Shown here: positions 24,351 to 50,342 of the stretch, piece by piece | Layout of the letters: each line of letters begins with the position of its first letter | Numbering within the stretch: position 1 is the stretch's first letter | DNA from: the human T2T-CHM13v2.0 reference genome, Homo sapiens | Strand: one strand, 5' to 3' | Assembly: GCF_009914755.1 (NCBI RefSeq) | Contig: NC_060926.1 | Length of the DNA: 64,000 nucleotides | Translations under genes and position numbers: made by a program | The notes under the pieces: model-generated | The model's input: the letters and a program-made list of their open reading frames with translations, nothing else | What the model was told of the DNA's origin: nothing | Database searches by the model: none

Positions 24351-24899
24351 TATTCATTTATTTTTAATTGATAAAAATTCCTTTTATTAACTAGCCTTAA
24401 AATTCCTTAAAAAAACATTGTGATTATAATCTCCAGCACATAATGTTATCAAGATACTTTCTTTCCTCACTTATGTGGGGAATCATATATCCAAGAATTG
24501 CAATGCACTTATTTTACCATTACTCTTACATTGTGAATATAGAAAAAAATAGAAATGGGTTGGTACAGTATTATGGCCATCTTAAAAACAAGTAATGAGA
24601 TGGCTATAGAGCCTTCTGATTATTACAAACCTCATTTCAATCAAGGGGAGTTAATAGTAGGAGAAAAAGTTTCTCTCTTTTTCAAGGACCAGAACTGATT
24701 TTATTTTATGAGGAAAAGTATGTGCTTTATGTTTTTTCTCATCCCGGCTCTCTCCTTAGTGTTAGTGAAAAAACCTTGTATATTCTCATAATCACTTTTC
24801 TGCCAATCTTAATCTTTGGCAGTAGTGTAGGTTTTCATTTATTATGTTTTCAAGAGTACATTCATGGGGTCAACTATGTCAGGATTGGTAGGAAGATAT

Positions 24900-25955
<1,056 letters not shown>

Positions 25956-25965
25956 GCAAGAAATA

Positions 25966-26584
<619 letters not shown>

Positions 26585-28032
26585 ACCAAGTGTCCTTTTT
26601 AATTAACCTCCCACAGCACCTTTTTATTAAAAATTCTGTAAGAATTTTACCTAACAAATATTCAATAAACACGTGATATTACTATTCTTTTTAAAAAATC
26701 ATTTCTACAACATTTATTCTATTAAAGTATTTTGGAATTTGTTCAAATGTATACCCAACCTCACATATGCAGCTGACCCAGATATTCTATAATTCTTTCA
26801 ATAGAATATATCAAAGAGTTGGAAAGAATCGTATATTATAGGTTTTGTGTTACCTAGTACCTCTAAACAAAACTTGAGATAGTCTTTGCTCGGCACCCTA
26901 GAAATCAAAACAACTTGAAAGTGAATTTTACAAGTGAAAAAGATCCTAAAGAAAACCTGGATCTTCTGGCTTATATGATACGTGATGTAATTACACATAA
27001 GGTTCAGTGACTTCTAAAATCATTTAGCTAATTATTGACATGGTTGTCACTAAAATCTAGATATGCTGACTTCTATATTAGTGTTCCTTCTAATGGAATT
27101 ATTGACAAACTCAAATAATAAAAGATTTAACACGAAACAATGGCAAGGGCAATGGACTAGTAATCAGAAAATGTGCTTGTATCTTACAATATTTGGTTGA
27201 GCCTATAGAATACTAATTTAACCTCTGTACCATATCTTCATCAAATAGGAAATTCTACTAGATAATCTCAAATTCTTCCACATTTAAAAGATTCACTGGA
27301 ATATAAAAAAGCATTAAGTAGACTTGGAAGTTAACCCCCAAAAAAGAGTACAGGAGCTTTAAACAACAATAAGCCAAAATCTTAGTGGAATTTTTCCTGT
27401 TATAATAGTGGGAATGCAATCAGAAATATATTCTATCAACAAGAGCAGCTTGGACTAACATAGGCAGGAAAAGAACTCAACTCTCATTACATGTTGTAAT
27501 ATATTGATCAATAAAAAGATAGCCGTTTCCCAACTGCACGGAGTAATATTCTGAGGAAACCAGAATGAGAAGCCTGCCAAAGATTCCACCATAGCCTCTT
27601 TTCTTTGTTATATCTACAGAGTTTATAACTCCCAGCATGTAACACATAAAGAAGCAGGAGCACAGGGTTGAAATATATATGTTGGTAGTAGACAAAGGAT
27701 GGAAAGATAGGCTTGAATATATCACATATTATCAAAGCATTGTGAACTGAGATCTGACTAATTTAGACAGAGAATCCAAGACAAAAAAACCCCAAGAAGG
27801 GCCAACAAGATCCATTTAAGATAAATGTCAACAAGTATTGCAGAGAGAGGTAGAAACCTGCCTTCTAAGGTAGCACTAAGAGCACAATTTGCTAGCAGTT
27901 TAATATGAAAGTGAGGAAGTATAAGTTTTCTTCTTCAATGCTCTCTATTGAAAAAAATGCCAGAAGAACTTACTAAGTATGTAGGAAAAAAAGAAAGAAA
28001 AGAAAAGAAGAGTGTTTTGAAAAGAAACTACA

Positions 28033-28250
28033 GGCCGGGCATGGTGGCTCACACCTGTAATTCCTGCACTTTGGGAGGTGGATCACTTGAGCTCAGGGCT
28101 TCAAGACCAGCCTGGGCAACATGGTGAAACCCCATCTCCACAAAAAAATACAAAAATTAGCTGGGCATGGTGATGCATGCCTGTAACTTGGGAGGCTGAG
28201 GCAGGAGAATCGCTTGAGCCTGGGAGGCGGAAGCTATAGTGAGCAGAGAT
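28033..28250 (+). mobile_element. Alu with internal deletions, 3'-truncated
   Basis: Both arms present with small deletions; no tail. Confidence 0.85.
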
Positions 28251-28500
28251 AAAAGGTAAAAAGACATGTAAAATAGCATATATTCTGTAAATAGTTTCCT
28301 CTGAGGAAAATATAAACATTTATTTTTCATGTGCTTGGTTATTTCAAAGAAGATGCAACAGGAAAGTCAAAGAGAGGAATTAAAATAAAATGATAACATG
28401 AATTCAAAGGCAATTAGTACAGTGTAAGGAATTGGCTAATGGAAAATAACAAAATAACTTAAACAAACATGCACTATAGTCACATTAAAAGTGAAGAAAG

Positions 28501-28590
28501 AGGCTGAGGCAGGTGAATTACCTGAGGTCAGGAGTTTGAGACCAGCCTGGCAAACATGGCAAAACCCTGTCTCTGCTAAAAATACAAAAA
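28501..28590 (+). mobile_element. Alu left-arm fragment
   Basis: aggctgaggcaggtg...aaaaatacaaaaa, fused to an L1M remnant. Confidence 0.8.
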
Positions 28591-33240
<4,650 letters not shown>

Positions 33241-33959
33241 ATTCATTAAAGTATCATAATTTCATGTATTACTTTTTCATTGAGGTAAAATAAATATAAC
33301 ATCAATTTACTATTTTAACCATTTTGAAGTATACAATTCAGTGGAATTAAGCACATTCACAATTTTGTGCAACCACCATAATTTTCCATTTCCAGAACTT
33401 TTTCATCATGCCAAACAGAAACTCTATACCCATTAAACAATAACTCCCCATTCATTTCTCCCCATAGTATTTGGTAAGCTCTATTCTACTTTGTCTCTAT
33501 TAATTTGCCTCTATGAGGTATCATATATATCACAAATAAGTGAAATTATACATCTGTCCTTTCATTTTTGGCTTATTTCACTTAGCATAATGTTTTGGAG
33601 AGTCAACCATCTTGTACCATGAATCAGTACTTCATTCCTTCTTACAGATAAATAATATTCCACTGTATAGATACATAACATTTTGTTTATCCTTTCTTCA
33701 TTTAAAAGAATTTGGGTTGTTTCCATCTTTTGGCCATTATGATGCTGCATGAACATTAATCTGTGACTTCTTCTGTAGACATATGTTTTCATTTCTCTTG
33801 AGCATATACCTAGTTGTAGATGTGATGTATTTAATGGTAACTCTATGTTTAACTTTTTAAGGAACTGCCAAACTGTGAAAAGCAACTACACATTTTTCTC
33901 TCCCATAAGCAGTGTACAAGGGTTCCAATTACTCCACATCCTCATCAATATATATATAT

Positions 33960-34236
33960 TTTTTGAGACAGAGTCTCACTCTGTTGCCCAGGCTGGCACA
34001 ATTTCAGCTCACTGCAACCTCCACCTTCCATGTTCAAACAATTCTCCTGCCTCAGCCTCCTGAGTAGCTGGGATTAGTCGTGCACCTCCATGCCCAGCTA
34101 ATTTTTATATTTTTAGCAGACATGGGGTTTTACCATGTTGGTCAGGCTGGTCTTGAATTCCTGACCTCAAGTAATCCACCCACCTCGGCCTCCCAAAGTG
34201 CTAGGATTACAGGCGTGAGCCACTGAGCCTGGGGCC
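33960..34236 (-). mobile_element. AluS
   Basis: Dimer with a small deletion. Confidence 0.9.
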
Positions 34237-35116
34237 ACTAATATTTTTATTTTAAAAATAGCATTATTAAAGTATAATTGATATACAAAATACACATATG
34301 TACAGTCTACAATTTGATAAATTTTGACTTATGAATATACTTGTGAAACAATACCATAATCAACATAGTGAATATATCCATCACTCCAAAAAGTTTTTTC
34401 ATCCCTTTTGTAATCCTCTTTCCCTCCCTACTCCCCTTCTTCCTGTCCCCAGGCAACTAACAATCTATTTCTTGCCACTAGAGATTTGTCTATTTTGTTT
34501 AGAGTTTTATATAAATGAAATCATATAGTATGTATTCCCTTTTTGTGTGGGTTGCTTCACTTAGAAAAATTACTTTGAGCTTCAGCCATATTGTAATGTG
34601 TGAATAGTTCATCTTTCTATATGGCTGAGTAGTATTCCATTGTATGGATATACTACAGTTTCTTTATTCATTAACCTGTTGGTGGACATTTCAGATGTTT
34701 CCAATTTGGGGGCTATTACAAATAAAGCTGTTAGGTATATTCTAGTTCAAGAGTCTGTATGCCCATATCCTCTTTTTTTCTTGGGCAAATTCCCAAGAAA
34801 AGAGTGAATGAATCATGTGGTTGGGTTTTGTTTAGCTTTTTAAGCTTTTTAAAGCCAAACTGTTTTCCTAAGTAGTTTTACAATTTTATATTCCCACACA
34901 TAGGGTTCTAATTCCTCTATAACCATGTCAAAACCCAGTGCAATCAGTTTTAAAAGTTTTATTTCATCTATTTGATGTGTAGTGATATCTCAATGTGTGA
35001 GTGTATGTTTGTATGTGTGTTTTATTGTGTAAATTCCCATAATATAAAATTAACCATTTTAAAAGGAACAATTCAGTGGCATTTAGTACATTCACAATGT
35101 TGTAAAACCATCATCT

Positions 35117-35247
35117 TTTTTTTTTTTAATTGAGACAAGGTCTCAGTATATTACTAAGGTTGGTCTCGAACTCTTGCGCTCAAGCGATACTCCTGTCTCC
35201 ACCTCCCAAAGTGCTGGGACTACAGGAGTAAGCCACCATGCCTGGCC
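35117..35247 (-). mobile_element. FLAM-like Alu left monomer
   Basis: Single arm plus T-tail. Confidence 0.8.
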
Positions 35248-35844
35248 AACAATCTTATCTAATTGCAATACATTTTCATTACTCCCTGACCACCCCCCAC
35301 CCAAAATAACCCATGCCCATGAGACAGGTATTCCCTTATTTCCTCTTTCCCCTGGCCACTGGCAACCACCAATCGACTGTCTGTCTCTGGATTTACCTAT
35401 TCTGGATATTGCATACAAATGGAATCATACAACATGTGGCCTTGTGTATTTGGTTGCTTTCACTTGGCATGTTATCAAGGCTCATCTGCACTGTAGCATG
35501 CACCACTATTCCTTTTTGTTGGCCAAAAATAATATTCCATTGGATAGATTATACCACAATTTGCTTATTGATCTGTTGATGGACATTTAGTTCTTTCCAC
35601 CTTTTGGCAATTGTATATAGTACTACTATAAACATTCATGCACAAGTATTTGTTTGGGTATCTGTTTTTAATTATTTAAGGTATATACCTAAATGTAGAA
35701 TTGTTTGGTTATATGGTATTTCTATGTTTAGCCTTTTCATGTACTGCCAAACTGTTTTCCACACAGTGGCTGAACCACTTTACATACCTGCCAGCACCAT
35801 ATGAGAGGTTCCAATATTTCCACATTCTCACTGGTTCTTGTTTT

Positions 35845-36196
<352 letters not shown>

Positions 36197-36511
36197 TAGT
36201 GGTTGTGAATTAGTATCTTATTGTCATTTTGATTTTCATTTCCCTGATGGCTAATGATGTTGAACATAATTTCATGTGCTTATAAACCATTTATATACCT
36301 TCTTTAGATAAATATGTATTTTGATTCTTTGTCCATTTTTTAAAAGGAGCTTTTTATTGAATTGTAAGTGGTATTTATATATTCAAGATACAAGTTTCTT
36401 ATTAAATGTATGATTTGCAAATATTTCTCCCATTCTGTTGGTGGTCTTTTACCTTTTTGATGGTGACCCTAGGACAAAAGTTTTAACATTGGCAAAGTCT
36501 AATTTATCTAA

Positions 36512-37154
<643 letters not shown>

Positions 37155-37194
37155 GCCTGTTGCTAACTTTTAAGAAACTGTCAAACCATTTTCT

Positions 37195-39181
<1,987 letters not shown>

Positions 39182-39554
39182 TAGTTGGTGCACATCCTAA
39201 ACAGCATCCCATATGGACATCTTTTTTAGTTTTAACAATTGTAATGTGTGTGAAATGGGTGTCTTTGGTTTTAATTTGCATTTCCCTGTTGACTAATGAT
39301 GTTGGGCATATTTTCATGTGGTTATTTTCACATTCATGTATCCTTTTATGATGTACCTAGGCAAAACTTTTGTTCATTTGTTAAATGGGTCACGTTCTTC
39401 TTGTTAGTGAGTTGTAAAAGTTCTGTTAATATCCTGCAAGCAAGTCCCAGTCCTTTGATATATATTTACAATATTGTTCCTCCATGCATGCACTGCATTT
39501 TCATTTTATTAAGTGTGTTTTCAAAGAGCAAAAGTTTTAAATTTTGATCTTTAA

Positions 39555-39889
<335 letters not shown>

Positions 39890-39917
39890 GATTCATACTT
39901 TTAAAATTCTAAGAACA

Positions 39918-40435
<518 letters not shown>

Positions 40436-40617
40436 GACTAAGAATAATTTTCCCATTTCTAGATTGCAAAGATTTTTCTCCTGTTTTTTTTTTTTTAATT
40501 TTTTTCTCAGCGATTTACAGTGCAAGGCTTTAGATTTAAGTTTATAGTTAATTTTGAGTTTTTTTCTTCAATATAAGATAGGATTAATAATTTCTCCCCC
40601 ATTTTGGCAGTCAATTA

Positions 40618-40972
<355 letters not shown>

Positions 40973-42068
40973 AGACTCTCCATTCCCTCACTAAATTACC
41001 TTAGCATCCTTGGTGAAAATCAGTTAATTATATATGTATGTCCCAGGCCTATTTTAAGATTTGATTCTGTTCCATTGGTCCACGGGCTTTTCATTTTGCC
41101 AATAACAAATAGTTATGATTATAACTTGAAGTCTTGAAATCTGGATAGGTTCTCCAATTTTATCATTTTAAAAACTGCATTGTCTATTATTGCTTGTTTT
41201 TATGCATTTTCACATTGATTTTACCATCAGCTTTTCAGGTTCTCTCAAAATGGTCTACTGAAATTTTAATTGAAATTATATTAGTTTTATTAATCAATTT
41301 CATTAGAAGCAACATGTCAACAATCTTGAGTGTTGTAATTCATGAACATGGTATATCTATTAAATTCAGTCATTTAAAAATTCTCTCATCAGTGTTTTGT
41401 AGTTTAACGGGTAGAGATTGTAGATGTATTTTGTTATATTTATTCCTATTTTTCTTTTGATGAAATTTTTAAAAAATACCAATTGTTTGCTACTAGTATA
41501 TAAAATATTCAACTCATTTTATATTAATATTATATTCTTTAACATTGTTAATTCATTCACTTGTTCTAGTAGTTGCTTTTGCAGAGGGACAGTTTACTTT
41601 GTCCTTTAGGATCTTTATACACATTATTGCTGTTATTCTTTTGCCCTAATGCAATGTCTAGAGCATTTGTTACAATGTTAAATACAAATGGTGAAAGAGG
41701 TCATTCTTTCCATGTTTCTAATCCTTGGGGTAATATATTCCATCTTTCACTGCTATGTATGATGTTAATTGGGGGTTTTCCAGTATATACTCCTTTTCAG
41801 GTTAAGAAGTTCCCTATCATTCCTGGTTTACTGAGTTTATATCGTGAATGCATGTTGAATTTTGTCTACTGCTTTCTCTTTTATCTCAATCATGTAGGTA
41901 GGTACATGTTTATTTTGTTTTTCTTTTCAAATAATCAGACATTGGTTTTGTCAGTTTTCTCTCATCTGTTTTTTGGGTGGTGGATTTCTGTTCTTATCTT
42001 TATTCCTTCTTCCTTCTACTTAGTTTAGGTTCAATTTGCTTTTCCTAGTCTAGCTTCTTAAAATCTCA

Positions 42069-42414
<346 letters not shown>

Positions 42415-43239
42415 ATTGAAGTTATGTCACCCTGTAAGCACTGCTTTATCTACATTCCTCAAGTTTTGATCTGTTGTATTTTCATTATCATTCCCTTCAA
42501 AGTATTTTCTAATTTCCTTTTTGATTTCTTCTTTGTCCTATTTTTTATTTAGGGGGGTGTTAAGTTTCAAAATATTTGGTATTTTCCTATCTTACTGTCA
42601 TTGAATTTTAATTCTGTTGTGGTAAGAGAACAAACTGCATAATTTCATTCCTTTTAAGTTTGTTGTTTTGTTTTATTGTCTATCACATGGTCTCTCTTTG
42701 AGAATACACTATGTGAACATAAAAAAATATGTATTTGGCAGTTATTTAGGTATAGTATTCCAAATGTATCCATTAGATCAAATCGGTTCAAATCTTCTAT
42801 GTCTTTATAGATTTTTTTTTTAGTTGTTCTATCAATTACTGAGAAGGGGGTGTTAAAATCTTCTACCATGATCTCAATTTTTGCTTCATGTATGTTTAAG
42901 TTGCTGTTACACAGGCATTTGTGATTACGTTTTCTCAGATTGTGCCTTTTATCGTTATGAAATATCACTCTTTACCTCTGATAATACCCTCAGTCTTAAA
43001 AGCGATTTCATCTGATGTTAATATAGCTGTTTCTTCTTTTTATGCTGTTTACCTGGTATAGTTTTGTCTATTCATTTACTTTCAATATACTTGTATTTTT
43101 AGGCCTAAGATAAATCTCTTGTAGGAAGTATAGTTTGTTCTTTCTTTTGTATCTGCTCTAACAACCTAGCTTTAAATTTTAGTATTTAGACGTTTAATAT
43201 TTAATGTGATTATTGTTATCACTGAATTTCATTTAATAA

Positions 43240-43620
<381 letters not shown>

Positions 43621-45352
43621 TAATTTAAATACTCTTTAGTACTGCATTTTAACAATTCTATTGGCTCATGAACTGTACCTCTTTGTATTTTATTTTTAGC
43701 GATTTCTGTAAGGATCACAATATACATCTCTGATCTTTCAGAGTTCAAGCAGAACACTATATCTCTTCTCTTCATGTAAAACACATACACCTTGCAAGCA
43801 TATAGGTCCCTTTAATCACCTGCCCCCTTGCCACATACCATACGTTGTTATAGTTTTATGTATTTTATAGTAGTTGTATAAGTTACTATTGTATATTAAC
43901 AATGTAAATATGTATTACATCTGCATACATTGAAAACTCCAAAACTCCAATGTTATAATTTTGTTTTAAATACCCAAAGGTCATTTTAAAGGACTTAAGA
44001 GGATAATAGTCTTTTATTTTTATCCAGATATTTACCATTTCTGATGTTCTTCATTTGCTTCTGAAGATCCAAGTTTTCTGTTAATATCATTTCTTGCTCA
44101 GTTGAAGAACTTCCATTATCATTTCTTGTAGTATAGGTCTGCTGGAGACAAATTTCTCTTAGTTTCCCATTTGTAAAATTGTCTTAATTTTGCCATCATT
44201 TCTGAAGGATACTTCCACTGGACACAGAATTCTGGACTGACTGATTTATTGTTTCAGGTTTTAAGATGATGTTATACTGTCTTCTGGCCTCTATGTTTCC
44301 TGACGAAAAAATGTTGGCCTTCAAATTATTGTTCTTTGGTATGTAAAGCAAACTTTTCTCTGTCTGCTTTCATAATTTTTTCTTTATCTTAGGTTTCAGT
44401 TTATAAGTGTGTCTAGGCCTGCTTTTCCAAGTATAGTACTCACAGTTCTAAACTGCACCTCAATATGCCTCATCCCTTGATTTTGTCAGGTCAAATACAT
44501 TGATCCTTTAAATCTGGTCCTCCCTTACTGCCTACTATCTTCACTCATAAGCTGTCAAGGTTGATGTTCAGAACTGCTGACTTACTGGTTAATGTTTTAT
44601 AATTCATTTGGGTCACTGGAGCTCCTCGCAATACTTTCGTTCTCCCAAAGAACCATTTCAAATAAAAAAAAATGCATGCAAGGGTGATACATATTAAGAC
44701 AGAAAATAATTGGTAGCTATACGGGACATAAATAACTAATTCTTTCTAGAAGGTACTACCTCAAATACTTTTCAAAGTGAACCCAGAGAGGCAATGTTTT
44801 TAAAATGAGTTTAAATATAAATATCTCAATTTTAAAAATAAAAGAACATATCAGGTACAACAGTTATTTATTGGGACGATTTCACCAATTAGACAAAAAA
44901 TAATAATTGCCCCATCCTGCTGAACTTTTCAGAGGCCTGGTCAGTCAATGAATACGAACTCTTTCTGCTCAGGAATACTCAGTATATTAGTCAAACTAGC
45001 AGAAATAGTTTATGTATTCTTAGTAAATAATCTGATATATTTATATAATGAAGACCAAACACTAGAGATGCTTAAGCTAATGGCCTTTCAGATTTGGATA
45101 GCACGTTGTTTTTCCCTCTAATGGCCACTTCTCATGGATATATAATTTTTAATCATATCAACAAATTCCTTTATAAAACAACTAATCCTAACTGTATGTA
45201 ATATTGTTCCACAACTCTTAGAATAGTTCTCTTGGGAGCCGCTGAAGAATACAACCATGTTGTCAAACTTTAGCATGACTTGAAAATTCTTCACCTCATT
45301 TTCATCCCAGAAACATTTTGCTTCTTTTTTCCTTTGTGTACACATTGTTATG

Positions 45353-45467
45353 TTATATTAGGCATTATTATTTCATTTTCCATATAAACATTCTAAACTT
45401 TTGTATAAAGTTTATATTAGGCATTACTATTTCATTTTCCATATAAGCATTCTAAACTTTTGTATAA
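45353..45467. repeat. Tandem duplication, 59-bp period, 2 copies
   Basis: ttatattaggcatta(t/c)tatttcattttccatataa(a/g)cattctaaacttttgtataa occurs twice. Confidence 0.95.
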
Positions 45468-47383
45468 GACGTGAGAATAGTTTTCTAGTTGCAACAAAAT
45501 AATAATTTTGCTTTAGAATATAAGCCTGCTTATAATCAATTGAGACAATTAGGATTTATGGTACACATTTCAAAAATGTTGAAGAGGAAGCGGTGTTAAC
45601 AACCGTGAATGTACTTAAGGATTTTATTTTAGCTGATTTATACCAGTCAATCACATAAACACACAAATTGTAAAGTTTTAATTGTTAAATCCAAGGGATC
45701 TCACCCACATAAACAATGTTCAACAATGGCCAATATTGTCTTTTTCTTTCCCATAAATCTCCCAAGTTGGAAAGATAAAAAGAAGAAGATAAAACTATGC
45801 AATTTTCATTAAAATAGAAAGTAAACAACAACACATCCTGTACAGAATCCTGGGGCCTTAGAATCCTCATGGAAATACAGTTGCCAGTGATGCTAACCAG
45901 AGTGAAGGTTTTTCCAGGTATGAGCAGCATCTACTTTATTCTTTTGGAGAGAGGGAGGTGTTATGGCTTCCTGACTCCTCCCCCTGAATAGACAGAAGAC
46001 CAGTGAGGAAGAATAAGATTCTAAAAACTGACAAGTATAGATTTAGAAATTTAGTATGCAATAAAGGGGTTATCTCAGAAGACTAGAGGAAAAATGCACT
46101 TTTTGATAAATAATGTTGAGATAACTAGATAGCTATTTGGAAAATGATATATCTGGATCAATTCTGCACACCAAACATATGCGTACACCTCAAGTAGACC
46201 TAAGTTCTAAATGTAAAGTATGAAATGATACAAAGAGTGAAAGAAAACATATATTAATTTCCTTATAACTTAGGTATTGAGAAAGACTTTATATATATGA
46301 CTCAAACTCTAGATTCATTGAAAGAAAATATTGACAAATCTGTTACATAAAAATGAAAAACTTCTGCATGGCAAAAAACATCGTAAGTAAAGTCCAAAGA
46401 CAAATGATAAGCAGGGAGGAAATACTTGGAACATAAACTACAGGTAATAGGCTAATATTCCTAATATATAAAGAAGTCTTAGATAACCAATTAAAAACTC
46501 TAAAATCCCAATAGAAAAATAGGCAAAAAAATTTAAACAGATGATTCAGAAAAATAATATGAACTGGCTCTTAAACATATGAAAATACATTCAGCTTCAC
46601 TTTCATGAGGCAAATGCAAATTAAAACTACACTAAGATACCATTTCTTACCTTTAGACCAGTAAAAACTCTAAAGTTTGACAATTACTCTGTTGGTGAGG
46701 CTGTGAGGAAATAGGAACTTAACCATTGCTGGTGGGATATAAAATGCTATAATCTCTATAGGGAAGAATTTGGCAACGTCAAACAAAACTACAAAAGTGT
46801 TTATCCTTTGATTTAACAATTCCATTTCTGGAATTTACCCTGAATATACAGCTCTAAATGCATAAAAATATGTATGTACAAGGTGATGAATTGTAGCATT
46901 ATTTGTAATTGCAAACCACAGGAAAAACACATAAATGCTCTTACATTAGTAGGTTAAACTATGGACACCCACAGACTGCACATCACAAATTATGTAGCTG
47001 TAAAAAAAAAAATGAAGATATCTATGAACTGATAAAAATATATCCAGGATATATTAGCCAAAAATCAAACAAATCAAAACTATAAAAAAGTACATAGAGT
47101 AGCTACATTTTCTGAAAGAAATAAGAATATATAATTACATGTGAAGATATACATATTTTCGCACACACACAGAATGAAAACCAAAAAGTAGAACAAACAA
47201 ATCCTGTAGAGGAATGATAACCAGAAATGAAAAAAACTAGTTATCTAAAGAAGATGAGTGAAAGAGTAGAAGGGACAGAAGAAGGAATGACATTTCATTG
47301 ATTACATATTTTTGTATAGTTTTTATTTAAGAACATTTAAGAGTAAATGACATAATTAATTTTTTTTTTAATTTAAAAGAACA

Positions 47384-47757
47384 GGCACGTCAGATGCAGT
47401 GGCTGATACTTGTAATCCCAAGCACTTTGCAAGGCTGAGGTGGGCAGATTGCTTGAGCCAAGGAGTTCAAGACCAGCCTGGGCAACATAGTGAAACCTTG
47501 TCTCTACAAAAACTACCTGAGTGTGGTGGCATGTGCCTGTAGTCCCAGTTACTTGGGAGTCTGAGATGGGAGGATCACCTGAGCCCACTAAGTGAGGGCT
47601 GCAGTAAGCTGTGATCACACCATTGCACTCCAGCCTGGGCAACGAAGTGAGACTCTGTCTCAGAAAAAAAAAAAAAGAAAGAAAGAAAAGGAAAAGGAAG
47701 GGAAGGGAAGAAAAGAAAAGAAAAGAGAAGAGAAGAAAAGAAAAGAAAAGAAAAAAG
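47384..47757 (+). mobile_element. AluJ with purine-rich (gaaaa)n tail
   Basis: Dimer plus an extended GA-rich tail. Confidence 0.88.
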
Positions 47758-47763
47758 AATGGA

Positions 47764-48063
<300 letters not shown>

Positions 48064-49058
48064 GAATGGGGAAAACCTAAAGTTGAATACCTGAAGAAAC
48101 AAATAAATGTAAGGATTTCTGAATAAATAACATAGCCATATAGAACAAGGAAAATAACTAATCCAAATAATTTCTGAACACAGTATTTGAAGTATATACC
48201 TTTCACTGGAAAATAAAGAGAAATGCAAAAATTTCTTGAGCTCTACCTTAAAAGTCTATTGTTTGTAATAACATTGGAGCAGCATTTTTGTATGATTTTG
48301 TATTTGTCGCAGCATTAAGCAAATGAGTAAATATATAAAACGCTCTTGGGGAGCCAGAGTACCTCACTGGAAGAGAAGGAACACACAAATACGGAACTGG
48401 GGAGGACAAGACAGAATCCTCTCATTTTAGACTGGAAAAAGATTTATTATAAGCTGGCACAGAGGCTCTTACTTGTAATCCTAGCACTTTGGGAAGCCTG
48501 GGTGGGAGAATCACTTGAGGCCAGGAATTTGAGACTGTCTCTATTATAATAAGTAAATTAAAGAGGCAATAAAATATTAAAAATTTTTTAAAGTTATCAA
48601 CACATCACACTTCTTCAGTTAAAAAAAAAAACGCACAACAGAATACAGTTTAACAAATGTTAAATGAGCCCATTAACCGTAAAAATCCTCTGATTCCTGA
48701 ATCATAGATAGGAAAAATTTGTATACATCAGTGAAGCTATTCACTATTTCTGGTGAAGATAGGATATGAGGGAATAAGTTTAAGGTGAAAATATGATAGC
48801 AATGTATGTAGAGTTTTATAAAGGGAAACCTCTCCAGTTATAGAATTGTGAAACCAAAGAAAGACAATCTGAAGAAATACTAAAAAACGGATCAATTATT
48901 TTTTGGAGATAATTAAGGTACAATTTTATCTAAAATAATGTACAGAAAATGATTCTCCAGATTTCCCCAACTGATTTCATAATTATCTACCTATTTTCAT
49001 ATTTCCCCATATATCATCTCTTTAAAGAATATAACGAAATCCCAGCTTTTCTAAGTGA

Positions 49059-49662
<604 letters not shown>

Positions 49663-49863
49663 TCAATTATCTTTTCTGAATAAGATATCTTGTAAACTTA
49701 CTTATATTAGTGACTTGGTTCTTTGTGACACTTCACAGCTATTTGTATATATGCACACACCACTATTCATGGCATTATATTTCTCCTAAATGACAATAGT
49801 AAACCTTTACCATATTAAATTTTCTCATTCAAGTGGAAAAATTAAAAATATGTAGTCATTTTA

Positions 49864-49975
49864 AGCTGAGCACGTGATGGGTGCCTGTAGTCCCAGCTAC
49901 TTGGGAGGCTGAGGTGAGAGGACTGCCTGAGCCCAGGCGTCCAAGTCCAGCATGGGTAACACAGTGGTATCTAAA
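49864..49975 (+). mobile_element. FLAM-like monomer
   Basis: Single degenerate arm. Confidence 0.7.
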
Positions 49976-49976
49976 T

Positions 49977-49977
<1 letters not shown>

Positions 49978-50023
<46 letters not shown>
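49978..50023. repeat. (CA)n microsatellite, about 23 units
   Basis: Direct reading. Confidence 0.98.
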
Positions 50024-50027
<4 letters not shown>

Positions 50028-50054
50028 TGTTTTAAAGTTGAGTAATTCAAGGCA

Positions 50055-50290
50055 AATTCATAAAGACAGAAAGTAGATTAGAAGTTACCAGAGACTGGGT
50101 GCAATAGGGAGTTATGGCTAAATGGTTACAGAGTTTCTGTTTGTGGTGATAAAAAAGTTTTGGAAACAGTGGATGGTTGCACAATAGTGTGAATGTACTT
50201 AATGCCACTGAGTTGTAGGCTTTAAACGATTAAAATGGTTAAATTTATGTTACATAAGTGTTATAATTTTTAAAAGTGGTTAAAATAGAA
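50055..50290 (+). mobile_element. L1MB 3' end
   Basis: agacagaaagtagattag...gtacttaatgccactga. Confidence 0.75.
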
Positions 50291-50296
50291 GTTTTG

Positions 50297-50297
<1 letters not shown>

Positions 50298-50340
<43 letters not shown>
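50298..50340. repeat. (TA)n microsatellite, about 21 units
   Basis: Direct reading. Confidence 0.98.

Positions 50341-50342
<2 letters not shown>

Noticed and set aside
41573-42028. 151-aa hydrophobic ORF resembling a membrane protein
   Set aside because: Antisense reading of T-rich decayed L1 ORF2.
44580-44750. Minus-strand donor cca|gtaagt at 44586
   Set aside because: No convincing upstream acceptor, so no exon can be defined.
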